A stretch of DNA of 32,000 bases from Clostridia bacterium. Its GTDB lineage: Bacteria > Bacillota > Clostridia > TANB77 > RGIG9151. Below are positions 25,499 through 32,000 of this stretch, one piece after another. Location: contig JAGBIO010000004.1 of NCBI GenBank assembly GCA_017934955.1, positions 1-32,000 on the forward strand. The letters run 5' to 3'. Both the position numbers and the translations under genes were made by a program. The notes beneath the pieces were generated by a model. The model was not told the origin of the DNA, searched no databases, and saw only the letters and a list, made by a program, of their open reading frames with translations. Every line of letters starts with the position of its first letter. The first letter of the stretch is position 1.

Positions 25499-26582
25499 TT
25501 GCCGTTAAAGCTACCGGAACAGAATAGCTTAAGTGTTCGCACATTCTCTTATTTTCTTTTGCCAACAACATTTCCATAATAGTAGATTGGCAATTGAAGT
25601 TTGCGGAATATGTCGGTACAAAACTCATGAAGTAATAGCTGAATGGTACTACGAAATAAGTATCAAACATATTTTGAATATCCATTACATAGATGGATAA
25701 GAATAATTGATCATCTTCCATTGCGCTATCCAAATCTTCAATTTGCGCTGCTTTTTCATTGAAATAATCCACATACTTTTTGCGATTGATTCCGAGTGCG
25801 TTAAATACTTCATCGTAATATTCTTCCAAATTGGTCGTCTTTCCGGAAAGCATTTTAGATAATCTTTCTTCTGAGAAGAAATCCAATTTTACCGAAGATT
25901 TTGTTTCTTCTCCGTTTCTTTCCAATAAAGTTGCAAGCATTTCTGCTTTTGAAGCTAACGCTGATTTTAATTCGTAAGATGCCATACTTACAGCTGCTGT
26001 CTGTAAAACCGCAAATTTATCTGCTTTTGTTAATTTTAAGAATTCTTTTCCTGTTTCGGAAATTTTAATAGAATCATAACGGCTTGTTTTCTTTGTATGA
26101 CGTTCGGTCAAACCGATAGAATTACATAAGTTTGTAATGTAATCCAAATATGCTGCATCTTCAAAGAACATTTCATCTGTTAACGTTGCTTTGGTTTGTC
26201 CTAATAAAGTATTTGTCTTAGAACAAGGAATTTTCTTTGACAACGTTTTTAATAACTTCGTGCAATCGTCAACAATCGGATGATTCTTTTTGGAAATTTC
26301 ATATAAATTGTATTTTGAAGTAAATGTGTTTTGCAATCTGTTTAAGTTAATATGTAATTTCGGAACAACCAAAGATTCTGCATTAATATCTTCATTTAAA
26401 ACAGAAAACGGATTTTTGTTTTTATACGCTTCGGTTGTACCGGAATATAACCATTTTCTAAATGGAATATTAATATTTTTCAACACATATTCTTTTTGCT
26501 GTTTTACAATCTCCAATTCCTGCATATTCTTTAACAAGCTCTTTTCAAATTCCGAAAAAATATTAGCCGTAATTTTAGACAT
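25476..26582 (-). CDS. Hypothetical 368-aa cytoplasmic protein (no family recognised)
   Basis: Long ORF with ordinary composition. ATG 26582 (MSKITANIF) is preceded by AAGGGGGAAG. The last 7 codons lie in one arm of a 33-bp inverted repeat. Confidence 0.75.
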   Translation of the reverse strand: MSKITANIFSEFEKSLLKNMQELEIVKQQKEYVLKNINIPFRKWLYSGTTEAYKNKNPFSVLNEDINAESLVVPKLHINLNRLQNTFTSKYNLYEISKKNHPIVDDCTKLLKTLSKKIPCSKTNTLLGQTKATLTDEMFFEDAAYLDYITNLCNSIGLTERHTKKTSRYDSIKISETGKEFLKLTKADKFAVLQTAAVSMASYELKSALASKAEMLATLLERNGEETKSSVKLDFFSEERLSKMLSGKTTNLEEYYDEVFNALGINRKKYVDYFNEKAAQIEDLDSAMEDDQLFLSIYVMDIQNMFDTYFVVPFSYYFMSFVPTYSANFNCQSTIMEMLLAKENKRMCEHLSYSVPVALTATSIANVQ

Positions 26583-26758
26583 CTTTTTCTTCCCCCTTAT
26601 AAACATCTGTCACTATTCCTAATATCGAATCTAATTTCAAAAAACTTAATAGTTTTTTGAATATTTTTTTTATTTTTGCAAACAATTAAAATGTTAAGAA
26701 ACTCTACATAGTTACTATATCCTACCAAAATCTTATTGTCACTTTTTTAGGAGGAAAA

Positions 26759-28018
26759 ATGGAAAATTTAATCATTAATCACTCAAAACCACTTTACGGC
26801 GAAGTTACGGTCAGCGGCTCAAAGAACGCCGTACTGCCGATTTTAGCTGCTACCGTTTTAACAAGCGGTGAAAATATAATTCATGATGTTCCGGAATTGG
26901 AAGATGTAAAAATTATGGAAGAAATTCTTTCGACGGTTGGTTCCAAAATTTCTTCAGATTCCCCAAATTCTTTAAAAGTAGAAACAACCGCAATCAAAAA
27001 TTTTGAAATTCCTTATGAACTTGTTACAAAAATGCGTGCTTCTATTCTTTTATTGGGACCCTTACTTGCTCGTTGCGGAAAAGCTTCTGTCTCCTTTCCG
27101 GGAGGTTGCGCTATCGGCAGTCGTCCGATTGATTTGCATTTAAAAGGATTATCTGCCATGGGAGCAGACATCGAACAGTCGAACGGACTAATTACCGCAA
27201 GCGCCAAAAAGCTAATCGGGAAAAAAATTTACTTAGACTTTCCAAGTGTCGGAGCTACCGAAAACTTAATAATGGCAGCTGTCTTAGCGGAAGGAGAAAC
27301 CATTTTGGAGAACGCCGCAATTGAACCGGAAATTGTGGATTTATCTACTTATCTTTCCTCTTGCGGTGCCCAAATTCAAGGGGCCGGAACCGATACCGTA
27401 AAAATTACCGGAGTTCCCGAATTAAAAGGAAGTGAACATACCGTTATTTCCGATCGTATCGAAGCAGGTACTTTTATGATTGCTTCTGCAATTACCGGCG
27501 GAAATGTACTGATAAAAAATGTTATTCCTGCACATCTAAAACCGATTACCGCGAAGCTAAAAGAAGCCAATATCGAAGTATCGGAAGAACTAAATGCAAT
27601 TCGCGTAAAAGGCGGAAATCTTATCAAAAATGTCGACATCAAAACATTGCCGTATCCCGGTTTTCCCACTGATATGCAAGCTCAATTTGCTACCTTAATG
27701 ACAACTTCTGCCGGAAACAGCATTATCGTAGAAACCATTTTTGAAAACCGCTTTTTATATGTTCCCGAGCTCATTCGTCTCGGCGCAAATATTAAAATTG
27801 ACGGCAGAGCCGCCGTTATCTCGGGAAATGCTTCCTTAAACGGTGCTAAAGTAAAAGCCACCGATTTAAGAGCCGGTGCCGCCTTAATTTTAGCCGGTTT
27901 AGTCGCCGACGGCGTCACTACTGTCACCGACCTTTACCATATCGACCGTGGCTATGAAAAATTAGATCAAAAATTATCCGCCTTAGGCGCCAATATTTCA
28001 CGAATAGAAACAGAATAA
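26759..28018 (+). CDS. murA: UDP-N-acetylglucosamine 1-carboxyvinyltransferase
   Basis: Canonical MurA (VSGSKNAVLPILAA, active-site loop GGCAIGSRPIDLHL, YPGFPTDMQAQ). AGGAGG RBS. Confidence 0.95.
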   Translation: MENLIINHSKPLYGEVTVSGSKNAVLPILAATVLTSGENIIHDVPELEDVKIMEEILSTVGSKISSDSPNSLKVETTAIKNFEIPYELVTKMRASILLLGPLLARCGKASVSFPGGCAIGSRPIDLHLKGLSAMGADIEQSNGLITASAKKLIGKKIYLDFPSVGATENLIMAAVLAEGETILENAAIEPEIVDLSTYLSSCGAQIQGAGTDTVKITGVPELKGSEHTVISDRIEAGTFMIASAITGGNVLIKNVIPAHLKPITAKLKEANIEVSEELNAIRVKGGNLIKNVDIKTLPYPGFPTDMQAQFATLMTTSAGNSIIVETIFENRFLYVPELIRLGANIKIDGRAAVISGNASLNGAKVKATDLRAGAALILAGLVADGVTTVTDLYHIDRGYEKLDQKLSALGANISRIETE

Positions 28019-28094
28019 TACGAATAAAAATTTATTATCTATTCTTTTTTCACTCTTCTTTATTCTTTAATGTTTTTATATAGGAGGCAATCAT

Positions 28095-29039
28095 ATGAAA
28101 AAAATGTTCTTCTTCACCCTTACTTTACTTCTCATTTACTACATCTTTACCCGGTCTCCCGCAAAAGAAAATCTTATTGCACATGTCAACAATGACAACA
28201 TCATCTATCTTACGCGTGCAAAAACACAAGATATCGTAGAACTCAATTTTGAAGATTATATTGCGGGAGTTGTTTACGCGGAAATGCCGGCAAGTTTTGA
28301 AGTTGAGGCGTTAAAAGCACAAGCCGTTGCGGCTCGTACATATACCATAAAAAAATTAGCTTCGGGAACACATATTTGCGATGATTCCACACATTGTCAA
28401 GCATGGAAGGAAGCGGATGAAAGCGAAGAATATAAAAAAGTAGCCCAAGCCGTCAAAAGCACCGATTCCGAAATTCTTACCTACTTAGGAGAAGCCATCA
28501 GTGCTTTCTTTCATTCAGCCAGCGGTGGGAAAACCGAAAACGTAAAAGACGTTTGGGGCGGAGAAGAAATTCCTTATCTTCTCTCGGTAGACAGTCCGAA
28601 CGAAAATACATTAATGTCTACCTTTTTTAGTGAACAAGAGATTTCTTATGCGGATTTTGCCAACAAAATCAATCATTATACCGGAAAGAAAACAGTTTCT
28701 TATGATTTATCTCAAACGAAAAATATCGCAAAATTCAAAAAAGAAATCAAAATTGTCAGCCGTACCGAAGGGGATCACGTAGAGTCCATAAACGTCTCCG
28801 GCACAACCTTCTCCGGTACGGAATTTCGCAATATTTTTGACTTGCGTTCTACGAATTTCACAATTACTTTAAAAGACAAAACAATTTTGATTCAAGTAAA
28901 AGGCTACGGACATGGCGTCGGCATGAGTCAATGGGGTGCCCAGGTAATGGCAAAGGCAGGAAAAGATTATCGGGAAATTCTCTATCATTATTATCCCAAT
29001 ACGCTATTGGAAAAACAAGCCTATCAAAAGAAAGCCTAA
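28095..29039 (+). CDS. spoIID: Stage II sporulation protein D (lytic transglycosylase)
   Basis: Signal/anchor sequence and SpoIID motifs (ALKAQAVAARTY, FHSASGGKTE, GHGVGMSQWGA). Shows the conserved murA-spoIID adjacency. AGGAGG RBS. Confidence 0.9.
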   Translation: MKKMFFFTLTLLLIYYIFTRSPAKENLIAHVNNDNIIYLTRAKTQDIVELNFEDYIAGVVYAEMPASFEVEALKAQAVAARTYTIKKLASGTHICDDSTHCQAWKEADESEEYKKVAQAVKSTDSEILTYLGEAISAFFHSASGGKTENVKDVWGGEEIPYLLSVDSPNENTLMSTFFSEQEISYADFANKINHYTGKKTVSYDLSQTKNIAKFKKEIKIVSRTEGDHVESINVSGTTFSGTEFRNIFDLRSTNFTITLKDKTILIQVKGYGHGVGMSQWGAQVMAKAGKDYREILYHYYPNTLLEKQAYQKKA

Positions 29040-29143
29040 ATACATAAGGGTCGTAAAAACACCTCAATTAAATTATATTTGTTGTATAAAAAAATTTAAT
29101 ATGGCTATACTCCCAATATACATAAAAAATGGGAGGAATTACT

Positions 29144-29776
29144 ATGAAAAAATTTTATATTTTAACTTTTGTTGGGATTGCTTTATTGCTTTTCGCCGTT
29201 ATGATCGGTGAAAGTGTGATTTCGAAAAATCAACAGACAAAACCGAATTTGCAGGAAATTCATCAAGTAGAACAGCAGCATCAAGTACAAACGGAATTAG
29301 AAATAACACAGGCAAATCAAACGAAAGTAACCGAAATCAAACCGATTCCGGAAGAAACGGAAAAGAAAAAAGAATTGCAATTTATGAAACCGGTTGAAGG
29401 CGAAATCGAAATGAACTACTCACCCGAAACATTAATTTATTCAAAAACACTCGGTGAATGGAAAGTTCACAACGGAATTGACATCAAAGCCGAAAGAGGA
29501 ACTGCCGTAAAAGCCGCTGAAGCCGGTAGAATCACAGATATCTCCGAAACTACCGATAAAGGGATTGAAATTACGATTTCTCACGCCGACGGCTACCAAA
29601 CCGTTTACTCGAACTTATCCACAAAGTCTATGGCAGCCCCAAATCAAGAGGTGGAAAAAGGACAAGTCATCAGTGGCGTCGGGAACACCGCCGCTTTTGA
29701 ATATTACGAGCCGGATCATTTACATTTCGAAGTCTATAAAGACGGAAAATTAGTTGATCCAAACAGTATTTTTTAG
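29144..29776 (+). CDS. Membrane-anchored M23/LytM peptidase, likely SpoIIQ-like
   Basis: TM anchor, Gln/Glu-rich linker and a LytM domain with HNGIDI (HxxxD) and HLHFEV (HxH). Position after spoIID matches clostridial spoIIQ. ATG 29144 (MKKFYIL) has GGGAGG upstream; the track starts at 29129. Confidence 0.8.
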   Translation: MKKFYILTFVGIALLLFAVMIGESVISKNQQTKPNLQEIHQVEQQHQVQTELEITQANQTKVTEIKPIPEETEKKKELQFMKPVEGEIEMNYSPETLIYSKTLGEWKVHNGIDIKAERGTAVKAAEAGRITDISETTDKGIEITISHADGYQTVYSNLSTKSMAAPNQEVEKGQVISGVGNTAAFEYYEPDHLHFEVYKDGKLVDPNSIF

Positions 29777-29785
29777 AAAAAAAGA

Positions 29786-29920
29786 GTTACAATTCAGACT
29801 ATAATCTTTCTATAATAATGGTACAATCATTGTAGGGACAGCATTTATGCTGTCCTGCTTTCTGCCTTTTCTGTGGACAGCATGAATGCTTTTCCTATAA
29901 ATTTAATTCTGAATTATAAC
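29786..29920. mobile_element. 135-bp MITE-like composite: terminal inverted repeats enclosing a REP doublet (29836-29855 and a degenerate copy 29875-29895)
   Basis: The left end is gttacaattcagactataa. The right end ttataaatttaattctgaattataac reverse-complements to gttataattcagaattaaattta. The interior is caatcattGTAGGGACAGCATTTATGCTGTCCtgctttctgccttttctgtGGACAGCATGAATGCTtttcc. Non-coding, between convergent genes. Confidence 0.6.
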
Positions 29921-29927
29921 CTTTTTC

Positions 29928-30506
29928 TTATTTCACTATGTATGCTTTCGTTCCGTCGCCGTTTCCAACATTAACGGCGTTTCCTTCGTCGGTATCGATG
30001 TGCATTGCTAATGCAAACTTATCGCTGACTCTTACCACTACATCTCCGAAGATAAGGCTTCTGTCTTGACTTTCTACTTTTACATTTACGTTTTCTTTAT
30101 CTTGTACACCAAATTTTTCAGCATCTTCAGGTGTCATATGAATATGACGTTTTGCGATAATTAAACCTTTATCTAAGGTTATTGAACCTGTTTCTGATTT
30201 TATTTCTACGCCCGGTGTTCCCTCGATATCGCCCGATTCGCGAATTGCGCCCATAATTCCGAGAGCAAAGCAATCGGATTTTGCAAACTCAATCTGCGAT
30301 GCTTTTCTTTCCGGTCCCAATACAGCCACATTTTCAAATGTTTTCTTCGGTCCGATAACCGTTACTCTCTCTTCTGCCAAGAATTGACCCGGTTGCGACA
30401 AATCTTTTTTCGGCGTCAACTTATGACCCTTTCCAAATAACATTTCTACTGCTTCTTGTGTCAAATGTACATGACGTGCCGAAACTTCCACTTTAATATT
30501 TTCCAT
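29928..30506 (-). CDS. pduL: Phosphate propanoyl/acetyltransferase PduL
   Basis: Two PduL repeats with SARHVHL and AKRHIHM motifs, at a typical ~190 aa. AAGGGGGA RBS. Confidence 0.88.
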   Translation of the reverse strand: MENIKVEVSARHVHLTQEAVEMLFGKGHKLTPKKDLSQPGQFLAEERVTVIGPKKTFENVAVLGPERKASQIEFAKSDCFALGIMGAIRESGDIEGTPGVEIKSETGSITLDKGLIIAKRHIHMTPEDAEKFGVQDKENVNVKVESQDRSLIFGDVVVRVSDKFALAMHIDTDEGNAVNVGNGDGTKAYIVK

Positions 30507-30520
30507 AAATTTTCCCCCTT

Positions 30521-30655
30521 AAAAAAGTGTTTTGCGCAGGCAGAACACCTGCGCCGAACGCGAGTTGCGAAGCAACTTTCCTCACGCGTGAGTGTGCATC
30601 CTCGCGGAGCATTTTTATTGAATAGGCTAAATCTTCGATTTTTCCTATTCAATAA
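30521..30655 (-). promoter_or_regulatory. Structured leader element, copy B (upstream of pduL); candidate riboswitch/attenuator
   Basis: Has a 5' hairpin with 12-nt arms (30615-26/30644-55), a P1-like pairing (30559-64/30601-06), and a GC hairpin (30534-40/30548-54). The U6 tract ends 14 nt before the pduL ATG, next to the RBS. Confidence 0.5.
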
Positions 30656-30682
30656 GAAAACGAGGCGTGTGACCGCCTCGTT
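30652..30682 (-). terminator. Rho-independent terminator of the surface-protein gene
   Basis: The minus strand reads CGAGGCGG-tcaca-CGCCTCG followed by TTTTCTTATT. Confidence 0.7.
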
Positions 30683-30753
30683 AAAAATTTGCTCATAATA
30701 TGTCGATTACGATCGAATATTATTTTAGCACACAACCTAATTTTTTTCAATGA

Positions 30754-31998
30754 TTAGGTTGCATTATTGTAGATGTCCTCAAGTAAGCTTTGATTTTCTG
30801 AATACTTATATACTCTTCCGTTCCATTTCGTATTCTTATAAGTATTCAAGTAAGTTACCATATCAAATTTCTGTTTCGAATTTGTCAAATCAGCTTCCTT
30901 AAAGTCACCCGACATTTCATAAATTTCAACATTGAATTTTACTGTAATCGGTCCGTTTACGCCCTCTAACTTAGCCGGTACGTAATACAACCAACGCCAT
31001 GTAATCTCTTCTGTTGAAATTCCGTTATTGGTAGCATTGGAATTCCACGAACTGCTTGTCTGATAACTTGCCTGATAATAATCATTTAACTTCTTTGCAT
31101 TCGGTTTTCCGGATGTATTGTGAACAACAATTACTTTTGAAAAATCTTTTACTTGATCCATATAAGCCTTATCCATCACACTACCGGTCAAACCATCTTT
31201 AATCTTCTCCCATAAAACCGGATTACCGTTTTTATCAAGAATTTCCGGTCTTACGACTAATACAGCACGTTCATGGTCATACGTCATTGTTACTAATTCG
31301 AATTCCACCGCATATCCCATTTTTAACTCATCCGAACGGTTGCCTTGCGCTTTTAACATCACTTCCGCCTCACTCAATGTAATCGGCGTTGTAAAGACTT
31401 TTCCGGTCAACTTACCATTTTCAACAAAGTAATCTTGCCATCTTAAATCTCTTACCGAAATAATCTTAAAGTCTTCAATAGTACCTTGCGGTATTGTCTT
31501 TTCTGCAGTAAAGCTTACAATAATCGTCAAATCTTGTGTAACTTCCAAGTCGATTATCGATAAGCTTCCGCGAGATTTCCCATTTACAACCCATCCGTTA
31601 AAGAAGGAGCCTGTTTCTTCAATTGCTTTTAGCACAAGTTCTGTGCCCTTTTTGCATGTAATGTTGCTTCTTGTTGAATCTTTAACATATTCACGTCCGT
31701 TAGACACAACGTATCCGTTTCCATCGCCTTCCTTGATAATCGTAACCGTATAAAGATTAGAAATTGTAGGAGAGATGTTGTCAAATTTTGCATATAACGT
31801 TGTATTCTCTCTTACCGTATAATCAAAATTCATTGAATTAGAAACTTTAATTTCCTTACCGTTTATATCTTTACGATACCAATATTTGAATTTATAATCT
31901 TCCGGATCATAATCATCAACACCTACATAACGTTCTGTTCCTTCTTCAACCACACCATCTCCAAACAAGGTTGCTGCACCGGCAGGGTCTGATTTCAA
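30754..31998 (-). CDS. Partial (N-terminus outside window) surface protein with Listeria-Bacteroides / InlB B-repeat-like modules
   Basis: The ORF is open to the window edge. Repeat signatures YKFKYWYRKD...NTTLYAKF and FNGWVVNGKS...DLTIIVSF. Terminator hairpin ~70 nt downstream of the stop. Confidence 0.8.
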   Translation of the reverse strand: MKSDPAGAATLFGDGVVEEGTERYVGVDDYDPEDYKFKYWYRKDINGKEIKVSNSMNFDYTVRENTTLYAKFDNISPTISNLYTVTIIKEGDGNGYVVSNGREYVKDSTRSNITCKKGTELVLKAIEETGSFFNGWVVNGKSRGSLSIIDLEVTQDLTIIVSFTAEKTIPQGTIEDFKIISVRDLRWQDYFVENGKLTGKVFTTPITLSEAEVMLKAQGNRSDELKMGYAVEFELVTMTYDHERAVLVVRPEILDKNGNPVLWEKIKDGLTGSVMDKAYMDQVKDFSKVIVVHNTSGKPNAKKLNDYYQASYQTSSSWNSNATNNGISTEEITWRWLYYVPAKLEGVNGPITVKFNVEIYEMSGDFKEADLTNSKQKFDMVTYLNTYKNTKWNGRVYKYSENQSLLEDIYNNAT

Positions 31999-32000
31999 CG

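Noticed and set aside
30456-30698. Track ORFs 30456..30698 (+) and 30461..30652 (-) in the pduL leader
   Set aside because: The homologous copy at 19903-20035 does not conserve either reading frame or the start codons. Conservation follows RNA pairing instead.
1-32000. Prophage, defence island, toxin-antitoxin, rRNA/tRNA genes
   Set aside because: I found no integrase, transposase, restriction, Cas, Abi-like or toxin-like ORFs and no tRNA-like cloverleaf or rRNA segments. Gene content is core housekeeping and sporulation, apart from the orphan proteins noted.

Overview
AT-rich chromosomal window (roughly 35-40% GC by eye) from an endospore-forming Firmicute with Clostridia-like gene content. 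Most genes are on the minus strand. In coordinate order: the end of a biotin-dependent acyl-CoA decarboxylase/carboxylase operon, dCMP deaminase, a lytic transglycosylase and polA. Then a compact dcw (division/cell-wall) block reading mraZ-rsmH-ftsL-like-PBP-murE-mraY-ftsW/spoVE on the minus strand. Next come a displaced murD paired with a PP-loop ATPase gene, a YkvI-type membrane protein, an orphan 877-aa secreted Cys-rich protein and a LuxR-type regulator. Sporulation/germination genes follow (gpr, sleB-like, spoIID, SpoIIQ-like M23 peptidase), with murA, pduL and a partial surface protein. No rRNA, tRNA, CRISPR array, transposase or recognisable defence genes were seen. The main finding is non-coding: about 40 copies of a 20-nt palindromic repeat family occupy most intergenic gaps, including those inside the dcw cluster. 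Each palindrome is flanked by GTAG/GTAC (CTAC on the other strand). This is the architecture of REP/REPIN elements, but no RAYT-type transposase is in the window. Copies occur as inverted doublets, tandem arrays of 36-89 bp units, a 135-bp MITE-like composite with terminal inverted repeats, and one copy split at its hairpin tip by a 90-nt insertion. Three core types share flanks and outer stem but differ in the inner stem through compensatory changes. A second notable item is a ~135-nt structured leader present twice (upstream of the YkvI-type transporter operon and of pduL), with strand-specific G-U substitutions and a terminator/antiterminator-like 3' end. I could not assign it to a known riboswitch class. 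Many six-frame-track starts are artefactually extended into repeats and were trimmed to starts with ribosome-binding sites.
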